Source: Octopus vulgaris (lineage: Eukaryota). From it: DNA of 64,000 nucleotides. The notes beneath the pieces were generated by a model, which was not told where the DNA came from, did not search any database, and saw nothing but the letters and a program-made list of their open reading frames with translations. Positions 40,233 to 52,499 of this stretch are shown here, one piece after another (the stretch's first letter is position 1; every line of letters starts with the position of its first letter). A program made the translations under genes and the position numbers. Where the stretch lies: positions 126,232,001-126,296,000 of the forward strand of contig OX597817.1 in the NCBI GenBank assembly GCA_951406725.2. Reading direction: 5' to 3'.

Positions 40233-41971
40233 TATGTTTGACTTTTGCTTTATATTTGTACAAGTTGGCTCCAAGTCTCACCCAGAGACCTCAAGAGACA
40301 ACAGGGTTGGAAGTTCATGTTGTTGTTATGCCTAGTGTGCCATATATTTGGGAGGTGGGGATGTTGTACTAATGAATGTCTAAAAAGAAAAAAAAAAGGT
40401 TTTGTTTTTTTGTTTTTTTTTTAAACCGAAAATTATGTTTGTTTTAAACCTTATTACATAGAGAGTATTTTGCGTAGGATATGAGCAGTTCCCATGAGCA
40501 CTATCTTTTGAACTTCTGCCATTTTTGGGTTTCCTGGTATCTGAGTTAGGTAGCTATCAGCCCCTTTTGCTATCATTCCCAGGGCACCTATGACAACAGG
40601 TATTGTTTTAGTCTTCAGCTTCCACATTTTGCTGATTTCTATTTCAAGATCTTTATATTTGCTCAGTTTTTGGTAGGTCTTGACAGATACGTTTATATCG
40701 ATTGGGACAGTCATATCAATGAGGAGGCATGTTCTTTGTTTGAAGTTTTTCAATATGATGTCTGGCCTATTTGCATCTATCTTCCTGTCAGTTTGAATGG
40801 TGAAGTTCCAGAGGAGTGAGATGTGGTCATTTTCAAGCACTGGGGGTGGTTTGTGTTCCCACCAGTTTTTTTCATGGGGCAAATCCAGGTTTTTACAGAT
40901 TACCCAGTGAATATATTGTGCAGCTCTATCGTGCCTGTTGAGATACTCTGTAGGCGCTAGAAGACTGCACTTGGAGACCACATGGTCAATGGTTTCATTT
41001 TGTTGCTTGCATACACGACACGTTGGACTGCTTCTGATCTTTAATATGTTGGCCTGGTAGTTTCTTGTTGGTAGGCATTGATCTTGAGCTGCTATGATAA
41101 ACCCCTCTGTTTCAGATTTTAAGCCAGAGGCCATTAGCCATTGATGGGTCAGGGCTTTGTCGATATCTGCATTATTCGCTCTCTTTGGGTATTTGCCATA
41201 GAGAGGTTTTTCTTGCCATTTATTATTCAGAATATCTAAGGCCGCAGTTTTGGCACGGGTTTTCATGCGCCTAGCTTTTTCTGTGCTTGTTTCTTGTATA
41301 TCTATCTCTAATTCCGAAATTGGTTGTATTCGGAATTCACTTAGATATTCCTTTGCCTGTTTTGTGACTGAGTATGATGCTTTCTTGTTTTCATGTTTTG
41401 AGACAAGTTTTAGCATCCAGTCCTCAGAGTTTTTCAGGTAGGTGTCTAGGCCAATTGTAGCAATCTTCATTGTTATTGCCAGTTGCAAAAGACCACGGCC
41501 TCCCTCTTTTCTTGGCAGATAGAGTCGTTCTGTATCTGCCTTAGGGTGGTGCATTCTATGCATTGTCAACAGTTTCCTTATTTTTCTGTCGAGCTGACAT
41601 ATTTCAGTAATTGACCAGTTAACAATATTGAAACTGTAAGTCACGACTGGTATAGCTAATGCATTGATTGCTTCGATCCTGTTTCTTGCATTCAGCTCTG
41701 TCTTGAGTATTGCTCTCACTCTTCGATAGCATTCTCTCCTGATCCTTTCCTTCATCTCTGAATGCCTTATTCCGTTCCCTTCAATTATCCCTAGGTACTT
41801 GTAGCTCTCCGCTGGGTCTAGTTCTTTTATGACATTCTGTTGGTCAAGGTTAACGTTAGATGTTTCTGTCATTTTTCCTTTGATAAAGGTAGCCTTTGCA
41901 CATTTATCGAGGCCGAATTGCATTCTGATGTCGTCACTGAATTGTTTGACTATCGCTAGTAAGCCCTTGAG

Positions 41972-41974
<3 letters not shown>
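40232..41974 (-). mobile_element. Young 5'-truncated R4/Dong-clade non-LTR retrotransposon
   Basis: Uninterrupted reading frame plus an ~220-bp 3' UTR. Both ends join (TAA)n tracts (40188-40231 and 41976-42110). Confidence 0.92.
40454..41923 (-). CDS. Partial retrotransposon polyprotein: RT C-terminal/thumb region, CCHC zinc knuckle and PD-(D/E)xK restriction-like endonuclease
   Basis: 489 aa containing MQFGLDKCA, YKYLG, RLYLPRKEGGRGL, CRVC-X8-HVVSKC, RHD, RPDII and LIDMTVP...KLSKY. The frame stays open upstream to ~41974 (QLKGLLAIVKQFSDDIR), so the Met is internal and the catalytic YxDD is missing. Confidence 0.9.
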   Translation of the reverse strand: MQFGLDKCAKATFIKGKMTETSNVNLDQQNVIKELDPAESYKYLGIIEGNGIRHSEMKERIRRECYRRVRAILKTELNARNRIEAINALAIPVVTYSFNIVNWSITEICQLDRKIRKLLTMHRMHHPKADTERLYLPRKEGGRGLLQLAITMKIATIGLDTYLKNSEDWMLKLVSKHENKKASYSVTKQAKEYLSEFRIQPISELEIDIQETSTEKARRMKTRAKTAALDILNNKWQEKPLYGKYPKRANNADIDKALTHQWLMASGLKSETEGFIIAAQDQCLPTRNYQANILKIRSSPTCRVCKQQNETIDHVVSKCSLLAPTEYLNRHDRAAQYIHWVICKNLDLPHEKNWWEHKPPPVLENDHISLLWNFTIQTDRKIDANRPDIILKNFKQRTCLLIDMTVPIDINVSVKTYQKLSKYKDLEIEISKMWKLKTKTIPVVIGALGMIAKGADSYLTQIPGNPKMAEVQKIVLMGTAHILRKILSM

Positions 41975-42047
<73 letters not shown>

Positions 42048-42048
42048 C

Positions 42049-42092
<44 letters not shown>

Positions 42093-42117
42093 CATCATTA
42101 TTATTATTGTTGTTGTC

Positions 42118-43090
42118 ATTTTTGATTTTAATCTTCATTTTAGTTACAATCACTTGCCGAGATACAAACAACGTCTTGAGTCCAGTGAAGGATAACAAAT
42201 GTTACAGTATGTCTGGAAGCTTTAAGAGTGGTATTAGTGAAATATTTTCAAGTAATACAATACAGACATTCAAATGGAGAGGCTTATTCTAAGTATGTGT
42301 CCGGTACTTGTCAGCAAAATCTTTTGAATTTCTCTGAGACATGGTGCTTCTGGGATCTTATCTAGATGTTGCTGACATCCCTTTCTAAACGTACCTTGGA
42401 CACCTACAATAATAGGAACAGTTCTCGCTTTAAGATGCCACCTCTTTTGTATTTTAATTTCCAGGTACTTATATTTAGTTAGTTTGTCAAATTCATTGAC
42501 AGATATATATTTATCAGAAGGAACACTTACATCTATTAGTCTACAATTCATTTCTTCCTCCTCTTTAATAATTATGTATGCTCGATTAGCCAGACTCATT
42601 TTGTAAATGTTGAGTGGAATATCCCAGAGGATAGTGAAATTGTTACCTTCAACGACTACCTCCGTATAGTGCTCATACCAGTAAGCGGGAGTGCTGAGTT
42701 TTTAGTATTTACATATTTTCCAATGTAACTACTGTTCTACAATATCGTGGAGATTTTTACATTCGTTTGGTGTCAGAACAGGACATCCCAAGACGAGACG
42801 GTGTATTGTTTCGTCAAATGTGTCACAGGATTTGCATTTAGTGTTTGAACCGTTTTGAAGAATGTTAGCCTGGTAGTATTTTTTTTCTGTGCACAAGCTT
42901 TCGTTATATGCCATCAATATGAAACATTCAGTCTCTGATTTCAGTGCTGATGGGTTGTTGATTGTCCTACATCAGCAGTTCGAAATCGAAGTATATACTG
43001 TGCATGCAGGGGATTCGGTCTCCATCGCGCTAGAATTTGCATCTGCCCATTCTTTTTTGCAGTAGTTTTGATAATCAAATTGTGTTCGCT
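42118..43090 (-). mobile_element. R4/Dong-like LINE fragment 4 (older, decayed)
   Basis: LKSETE, YYQANILQNGSNTKCKSCDTFDETIHRLVLGCPVL and LIDVSVPSDK...KLTKYKYLEIKIQKRWHLK...EIQKILLTSTGHILR. It is flanked by (TAA)n-type tracts. Confidence 0.88.
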
Positions 43091-43118
43091 AATTCATTTT
43101 TGCAGTCTACTTGATTAC

Positions 43119-43184
<66 letters not shown>

Positions 43185-43371
43185 CGTTATAATTCTTCTT
43201 ATTCTTATTCTTCTTATTATTAACATCATCATCATCATCGTTATTATTATTATAATAATAATAATATTATTATTATTATTACTATATTATTATTATTATT
43301 ATTATTATTATTGTTGTTGTTATTATTGTTATTGCTGTTATTGTTATTGTAGCTATAATTATTAATAATAT

Positions 43372-43443
<72 letters not shown>
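43091..43443. repeat. (TTA)n microsatellite switching to (TAA)n
   Basis: Visible runs. The orientation flips near 43250-43270 and again near 43360. Confidence 0.95.
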
Positions 43444-43444
<1 letters not shown>

Positions 43445-44067
43445 CTTTGATTGCAGCTATGTACGACATGCATTTCTTCTTTAATAGCACGATATAATTG
43501 GTTCTATTGCTGTATTAGACTGCAAATTGGTTTGCTCATATAGAGTTATCCAAATATTCCAGTGAATTTAAATCTCAGAAAAAAAAGTATCCACCATGAA
43601 ACTTGTCAATTACATAGAAGCAAATTCCCCTTCAGATTGGAACATCAGAATTCAAACATGATTATTGGTATTCATTTTGTTTGCAAAATAATACAAATTG
43701 TGGAAGAAAATTGAAGGAAAACAATATTTTCAATGAATAAATTATATAGCAGTTTTAAGGAAGATAAGAAATGCTGACTTTTATAATTTCTACATTTTTG
43801 CTGATACTCTCCAATATACAGTAACAAATTGTGTATGGTTTGGTGTGTAATTATCGATTTTTTTTTTGAGGATACTTATTAAGAAATACTTAAAGAAAAT
43901 ATGGAAACAGAATTAATATTATTTGCCAATAACCTATGTGTACTTATTTCCTGAAACATACAGCCTTTCACTTCTCACTCCCCCACACATATATGTATGT
44001 ACTTACTAGCATAAATTCATATATAAACTTCCTTTGACTTGAACATATTAACACTTATATGCGTTTA

Positions 44068-44145
<78 letters not shown>

Positions 44146-45687
44146 TTATGTATATATGTATGTATGTATGCATTTATGCATGTATGTTTGAGTGTATATA
44201 GATTGAAAGCTCCATAAATGTAAGTGTTATTCATGTGCATCTGTGTATTTTTGGATGTATGTTTAAATGGACGCTAGTTTGCTTACATATATAAATGTAA
44301 AATTATCAGACTTTATACTACTGTTGCTGCCATTAAACTAAGGAATAAATATTTATATGGAATTATAAACAATCGGTAAGTTAATTTCGAGAAAATATTT
44401 ATTCCGGAATATAATTTATAATGGATTCACAGCCTCAGTAAAATTGGTTTATTTGCGTACTTAAAGAGATATTTAACATAAAACAGTATGACAATTTGCA
44501 AGCAACGTCCATACATATTGTTTGAATCATATGGATTCATCATACATGAAATTGATTATCATAATACTCAACAATTTATTATTTACTAGTTCCGAATAAT
44601 ATGTGTCATAAATTTCTAATGAGAATATATGAAGGAAAAAAAAAAGATTAGTGAACTTATTTCCCTTATCTCGGAGAACCATATCCGCATAGATACCGTA
44701 GGATACTTGCCGAAATACGCTACAGTATTTAGTTATACATCTCTTGTTTTAAACAGATTGCCAGTGTGGCTACACTGCTTTCTTCACCCATCCCGTACGA
44801 TTAAAATATGTGACAGTTTTATATAAGTGCATTTTCGATCTATTTATCCCATACTTGAAAGAAGGAAAACTTTGTAGTAATTACGTTATTATTCTTGACA
44901 ATATTTCAATGTCCTCATACTTGAAATAACTGCTTATAATAGAAAGAAAAGTTACGTTTAGATTTTTACACATATTTTAAATTGCATTTTTACTATTCGT
45001 CAGTATCAAGTATACTTGACGCAAAGCTATCCAAGAAGTTATTGTTTATTTAGAAACAAAGCTTGTCAATCACTATCCTTTTTAAGTGACAGAAAAAGTA
45101 AGTGATGAGAAGTCAGTTCGAGTATCAAACACCATCATAGTGAGAGGGTGAGAGAGAGTGGGGAGATAGAGCGAGAGTCTAAGAGAAAAAGATAGAGGGA
45201 AGGCGTAGAAATGATAGATTGTTGCCAAATAGACTGAATGACCGTGAAAGCGCAAGAATTGTATTCGGTGACAGATACAACGGGCAATATGCATATAGAT
45301 AGCATACACATTGCATAAAACATTTCAACAATAATGAAGATAAAAATCGACAAAAAGTAACATAACATTTCCTTTTTTAGCTATAGCATAGGCAATTTAA
45401 TTTGCTAGTATTTACAGTAAGGGTATAACTATATCTCGTGACATTTAACTGGACAGGAATATATACACAAGCAGGCGTTTCAACATGTCTGTCTATACCA
45501 TTTCCTGTGTGGGCCAAAATATTAGCTGTATCGCAAAGTACGAATTTTAAGTCACCTGCTCTTTTCATATCTTGCACAAGTTTTGGCTTGCTTTTGCAGA
45601 AAATGTCACGAAAGAAATTCTGAGGTCAATTATGTACATACAACTGTATATTATGCAAACATTTATAGTAGAATTCTGTTACTGTTT

Positions 45688-45896
45688 TTCTCTTTTAATT
45701 GTTTCAGTAATTTGAATGTGACGATGCTGGAGCACCGCCTTTAATCGAACAAATCGACCCCAGGACTTATTCTTTGTAAGCCTAGTACTTATTCTATCAG
45801 CCTCTTTTGCCGAACCACTAAATTACGGGGACGTAAACACACCAACATCGGTTGTCAAGTGATGGTGGGTGGACAAACACAGACACACGAACAAAT

Positions 45897-45937
<41 letters not shown>

Positions 45938-46108
45938 CATATATATGACGTATTTCTTTCAGTTTCCGTCTATCAAATCCAATCACAAGGCATTGGTCGG
46001 CCTGAGGATATAGAAGAAGGCACTTGCCCAAGGTGCCATGCAGTGGGATTGAACCCGGAAACATGTGGTTCGTAAGCAAGCTACTTACCACACAGCCACT
46101 CCTATGCC
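45688..46108 (-). mobile_element. Near full-length tRNA-derived SINE family B with internal microsatellite
   Basis: The minus-strand head is GGCATAGGAGTGGCTGTGTGGTAAG (A-box) ... GGGTTCAATCCC (B-box), then CACCTTGGGCAAGTG (CORE-like), an internal (TA)(TG) tract and a conserved 3' half. Confidence 0.88.
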
Positions 46109-47389
46109 TAATGAAATGTAGCTCTAATACATTTCTGTGGTAAAAAAATACATAAAATGATTAATATAATTTACAATTATCATCATTATGATTTTAATTA
46201 GTTTCTTCTAAAGTAATATCAGTAATAAATTTCACATACAATCCTTGTATCAGCTATGTAATACAAAATGACATTGAACTTCTCCAAGATGAGATTTATG
46301 AAGAGTTAAAACACAATTTTGGAAATAATTATAAATTGGTGAAATGCCATAGAAATAGAACATTTAATGTTATTTAAACAGTTTGAAAACTATATAGAGA
46401 TATTAGGCTGCAACTTACATATTTAAGGTGGTATTTTAACGCTTGTCAGTAGTAGGAATTGTTCTGAAATAAAACGCCTATCCGTTAAAGAGTTAACACC
46501 CAGCTGTCACTGATACACGTTAACAAATAAGTTGAGCAGCATGTAACGAAGTTGCCTATTCAAAATCATCACAGCATTGTTTCATCCGGCAATCAAACTC
46601 ATCAGCTAAGACACGTGATCCAAATAAACTAGCCACGCATTAATGCATATTGTGGTGTGTTTCGTGTTTGCTATACAAGTGTTCTTTAGTCTTGCAAGGA
46701 AACATCAATTTTAATGGGTTAGATCTATGGTCACATGTAATGTATCTGAGGCCGTAATGCATTTTTTTCATGAATGGCTATATTCTCCATATAACATGAA
46801 TATTTAGACATAATATAGCTGATATTTGCGATAGATTTGGCAGCTAATTTCAGAAAGCTAAACTATGTGGATTCGCTTTGAAAATCTTATTTGTGCAGTT
46901 TAATTTTGTATCATTGACAAATTGTAGTGTGCTAAAAGAAATCACTTTCAGAGATGCTTCTATATATGTGTGAATTGTTATAAAATTATTTTGCATATTC
47001 TTTGATTATTCGGCACAACAATAACTATCTGATATCTCTTTCATAGCATTCGTCAGACTGAGTTCACAGTTTCTCTGTATTTCATATAGTTCATTAGTAA
47101 AATATTGGATTTGCAATAGTGTCACTACTATAGGTAATAACATTTTCCTACATAGCATTTTACTACAGAATGAAAATTATACATAACAACATTATGACTT
47201 TTGCTATTATTACACGTTACTTTGATAATACATGTATCTCTCTAACATATTATCGAAATATTTAGATACAAAATTCCCTACAGCCGTTTGAATATTATAC
47301 ACAAAGGGAAACATAGTCGGTGTATTGCTGAAGTAAGTGTTCCGTTAGCACTCAAAATTGAAAGTTTGGAGTTCTAAAAAGAAGAAATG

Positions 47390-47431
<42 letters not shown>

Positions 47432-47708
47432 CTGTGTGTCTGTGTGCCTGTGTGTCTGTGTGTCTGTGTGTCTGTGCGTGCGTGTGTGTGTGTGCGTGTG
47501 TGTGTGTTGGTGTATGTATGTATGTGCGTATATATATATATGATTATGTGTGTGTGTGAGAGAGAGAGAGAGATTTAATGCTGACAATGAAATTTGATAT
47601 GAATATATACAAATATTATTGTGAAAGTACTTGATTAGCAGCTCCAGTTTTCAACTTAAAACGGAATATTTTTGAATTGACTAAGGAAATGATTCCATTT
47701 AATGCTTA

Positions 47709-48094
47709 CTAGCAGTATCGCCCGGCGTTGCTCAGGTTTGTAAGGGAAATAACTATAAAGCATTTTTAGAGAGTTATAGCCAAAAAATAACAAAAAAATG
47801 GAAAAAAAATGATGGTAAATTTTTTTTTGAGAGTAAAAAAAGGTTGAGTTGCGTCCCCTAGACAGTCTGTGGTTTGTTTTTTTTGATTCTCGACCCCATG
47901 TCGAATTTATCGATTTTTTTCAGAACTGGGGGAACTTTTCAAAATTTTCGCTGCGTTAGTTTTGAATTATGACATTGGGCTATGTGTGTGTCAAGTTTCA
48001 TCAGAATCGGTTGAAAGCCGTGGTCAGGGTGAGGGTACGAGAAAACAGACACACAGAAAACGCACAGACAAACTGCCGTTTATATAGAGAGAGA
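47709..48094 (-). mobile_element. Short non-autonomous Helitron
   Basis: The minus strand begins A|TCTCTCTCTATATAAACGGCAG and ends CCTGAGCAACGCCGGG-CGATACTG-CTAG|T. This gives TC...CTAG termini, an imperfect subterminal hairpin, an A|T insertion site and no TSD. Confidence 0.85.
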
Positions 48095-48833
48095 TATATG
48101 TGGAATGTATACGCATCTGTCACTTTATAATTATTGTACATTGTAAAATGTCATCAAATCCATCTACCTTAATATACTCGCAGACAGTTATGATGAATAT
48201 ACGTTGTAGTGCTCTCCTCAATCTTCATGTAACTCAGCTTACTCTGAGAAAGTTTGGAAGCACAAATAATTATTCAAATTGTTTGTTATGTATCTACAGT
48301 GTATGAATGTACAGTTTTGTCAGTATTTCATAGCAGGAGTAAAAATGTTTCTATTAATTTATTATTATAATTGACTGAAAATAAACGTAAATAAGGATAG
48401 TCCTTCTTGCAATAATCTTCAACACGCCACTATATCTACCAGCAATTAATTTTTGTTCAATTCCATCATATGAAATTAGAGGAAATAGAAAATTATATCG
48501 GCTTGCAAGCCATAAACATAGTGAAAGGGAGACATAGTGACAGAGAGAGAAAAGAGGAGAGAGAGGGAGTGATATTTAGAGATACATATATGATATGCAC
48601 TAAGTACACAATCATTAATGGAGAGGAACTCATTTCAACAGATGTTGAATGAATACGCTTGATTAAGACTTAATTTGAGATGGTTTTTCCAAATCTAAAA
48701 ATCGTAAATTTGTTTTACAGCTACATATAAAAGGAAATTTATATAGTTTCATGTAAATAGGTGCATAAATAGGAAGCATTAACACGTACACACACTCTCC
48801 CTTTCTCTGTTTCACATATATATATATATATGC

Positions 48834-49760
48834 ATACAAATGTGGAATGAAAGAAACTGGAAACGCTCTCTGTGGGACACGTCCGTTGTAGTTCAGGCTT
48901 CCACCACTAAAAGCCAGATGGAGTGACCCTCAGTCGAGTGAATTCGTACTGCCACGGGGTGCCTCTTTATTTGAAAGTGCTTCTCCCTTCTTCGCCGATT
49001 TTGCTATAGCTGAAGCGATGGAAGTATCTGTGAAATTCCGTGAAATTATGTATTCTGATAGGGAAAACAGCCGCGGAAAAATATGTCATGCTTCAAACAG
49101 TTTACAAGGAAGCTCCTATGAGCAAACACAACTTTACGAGGGGTGTTCACGCTTTAGGAATGGTCACTTGTCACTTGAAAACCAATCTCGTTCTGCGTGG
49201 TTGTTGAGCGCCGGAACGAGTGAAAACATCATGAAGGTTCATGAACTAATCTTGAAGGACCTTCGCCGAACAATTGATGAACATATTGATATGACTAATG
49301 TATCCTGAAGCACCTGCCAAGGAATTTCCAGCAAGGAATTGCGAATGAAAAGTGTTGCAGCAAATTATGTGCCTCGCTTAAAATTTGATCCACCCATTTT
49401 CTGACGGTCATCACTGGTAACAAAAGCTGATGCTACAGGTTCGACCTGGAAATGTGACAGCAGTCAAGTCCATGGAAGCATCCAATAGCACCAGGCTTCT
49501 AAAAAGACAAATCAAGTGAAATGCAATCTCCAGACGATGCTGATCTGTTTCATCGATGCGCAAGGAATTGTCCACACAGACTTAGTTTTTTCCTGTTCAA
49601 ACTGTTAAGACCTTCTACTTGGCAGTTCTGAAACGTTTGCGAGACATGGTGAAAGGAAATCGCTCCGACATGCAGCAAAGTGGAGAGCGGTGCTTTTATC
49701 ATGACAATGCGCCTGCAAACAACGCCCTCATTGTGAGACAGTTTTTTGACAGTTTTTGTC
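48834..49760 (+). mobile_element. Decayed, 3'-truncated mariner transposon
   Basis: RFRNGHLSLENQSRS...ENIMKVHELILKDLRRTIDE, AANYVPRL (cf. WVPR) and VLKRLRDMVKGNR...FYHDNAPANNALIVRQF. Confidence 0.85.
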
Positions 49761-51504
49761 TGCATTGTTTCAGTGAGTATGTTAAACTTTGTAGTAACTA
49801 AATATTAAATCATTTTACAGGATTTAACCTTCATATGTAATAGTTGAAAAATTATTATATTCAGCAACATATAAAACCACCAATAATCACACTAGATGAC
49901 TAAAAAATAATAATTACAGACGAACCTATTTTATGCTAATTGAAATAATTTTAAAATTAATATATACAATTTTACGTTATCTTTAATGGATACTTTAATG
50001 GATAAATTAATTATTTACTCTTTGTATTAAACACTTAAATAGGAATTAATCTTATTGTATAACTATTAAAATTTATCATGTCTTTCTGAATTTATGGCTA
50101 CATCTTAAAGTAAGTGCCATTCAAAATACAATAAAATAAATTTAGAAGTAATTATATAACTTCATTATAACTTTATTTTATTTATATATAATGTTATTTA
50201 ATTAGTATGGTACTTTTGATCTTTTATTTTTATAATGTAAATTATATTTTCAATGATGTCACTCTTTGTTAAACTAATATCTAAACTTAAATTTGATTCG
50301 GCGTTTCTTTTTGTTAATATTTAGTAACAGCTAAATTTTTTTATAGATTCAATTGGAATTTTACCAATTTGGATTACCTTCATAATATTGTGTTGGCTTA
50401 TATTTTCGTAAAAAATATCATTAATCTTAATAATATTGTATATAATATTTTATAAATAAAAGTGTATCCAAATATATGTGTGTGTATGTAGGTCTGTATG
50501 TTAATGCAATTGAAACAATTCTTGGATTTTTAAGATGCGATCTAAAACAAAGATATGATTTTCTTCGTACATATTACGATTTGATATTAAATACTTTGAA
50601 TTTCTTAAAATTCTACAAAAGGATTATTAAATTTACCTGTGGTGCATGAGGATTTAGTTGGAATTTGTATTGTACTTACATTTACTTGTATTAGATTGTT
50701 GGAAATAGTGAATTAGGGAAAGTCAGATAGCAACCATTGATTTCGCACCTATATTACTGTTAGGCCGGAGGTAAATAACGTCTCTACAACTGAAGGAAGT
50801 AATGCGTTATGGTCAATTAAGATTGTGATATATCTCGGAACAAAATTCGACTGGCAAGAAGTCTGGATAAGGTGGAGTGATACTTGTTCGATGAGTCCCA
50901 TTTGCTTCTAAAACTGACCAGTGTATAGAGGGTTGCTTCCCCACAGTCAGCAAGTGAGAATTCCTTTTCTCCAACACGAATGTCCTCTGATGATAGCAAT
51001 AAGTAAATATTTTTCTAAGTAAGTCCCAGTTATTCTAGGAGCCTTCGCATGGTTATTTATGTTGTACCCTCATCTTGTACATGTCATGCGTACCTGGCAA
51101 ATCACGTGATGTTGCGCCCCTCTCATATACTAAGCGGACCTAATTCTTCAGACGTTACTTGAACGGAGCTTCTGTAGATCGCACATATTGCCATGACAAA
51201 GCCCTTGATTTGGCGGTGATGGAGTTGTTGTTATAGCTGCCGTTGGTGTTATCAATGCCGGTGATGATGATAATGAGGCGGTTGTTTGTGATATTGCCGC
51301 CGTTGTTGCTGTTATTGCTGGACGGAATGCTGCTGCTGTAAGTGTGGCTGTTGTTGTTGTTGCTGCTAATGCCGCATGTGTGTCCAGTCAAACCGGTGCT
51401 GCTTGACGCTCCCTCAGTCTCATATAAACCACAGCTTCTGAGCGGTATTGACCCTTCCCCCACTCTACTTGACACTCATCGTTAATCCTATATCAGAATT
51501 CGAC

Positions 51505-51591
<87 letters not shown>

Positions 51592-51610
51592 TGTCTGTCT
51601 GTCTGTGTGC

Positions 51611-51969
51611 AAGTAACGTTTATCACCACATCAATACGGATGTTCCACGTTACTACCGTTTGTATCCCAAGGAAGAGCCTCCATCAGCTGGTTATCTGAT
51701 TGTCGATTGGTTTTCAATATATTGCGAGCTGGTGTGAATTTATGCTATTTCTAGCGCCCGGGCGTCCACCACTGACGACAGGTGGAAATAGACTAAAACT
51801 GTTCCGGCTGGTGAGCTTCTCTTCTGTGGCTACGAGAGGGAAGAGGCTCGCCCGCCTGCTTGCAATATATACCATTACATAATGCATCGATAACCAGCTG
51901 GAGGTTCTTCCATGTTTACAACAGTAGTAATGAGGAACAGCAATATTTATGTGGCGATTAACTTTACTT
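51611..51969. mobile_element. Foldback/MITE-like element with ~85-90 bp imperfect terminal inverted repeats
   Basis: The left arm AAGTAACGTTTATCACCACATCAATAC...GGAAGAGCCTCCATCAGCTGGTTATC matches the reverse complement of the right arm, AAGTAAAGTTAATCGCCACATAAATAT...GGAAGAACCTCCAGCTGGTTATC. Confidence 0.7.
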
Positions 51970-52499
51970 CTTAATATAGTAACTACTTTCGTATCTTAAA
52001 GAGCTGCGTGTGTGTGTTTGTATAAGTGTGTGCATGTGTGTGTGTATATATATATATCGACAGGTATGGCAATATGTTCTATTAAATTTGAAATCAATAA
52101 TTTCAGTTTGTATGCTCCATCAACATTAAAGCAACGAGAATCATGTGATATCGGTTCTTTGTCAGAATTTTCTTTTCTTTTAATACAAACTAAAATCTCT
52201 CACGTCCAGTCTTTCAAAAATGATTTATTTGCAATGAATAATTATGAAATATCGTTCTGAAGAACTGAAACAAATATATTGAAATATAAAATAGGCGCCA
52301 TGTCAATACATATTTCGCAGCTTTAAGTACGTAGCTTTTAGGCATATAAATGAAAGCATATACATCGTGTACAGTTGAATGCTAGAATACAGAGACACCA
52401 AACGCTCGAATTTCCCGTCGACAAACTTATTTCATAAAATTACTCAAATCAAGCTCACATTATGTCTGTTCCTTTTCTTTAGCTCAATTAACTTTTCTC

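Noticed and set aside
46570-46612. Second hammerhead-like string on the minus strand (CTGATGAG...GAAAC)
   Set aside because: Stem II is mostly G-U pairs, there is no NUH triplet closing stem III and there is no stem I pairing.
49800-50460. Very AT-rich stretch suggestive of a mitochondrial rRNA NUMT
   Set aside because: Only vague short similarities are visible. A BLASTN against mitochondrial genomes would be needed to decide.
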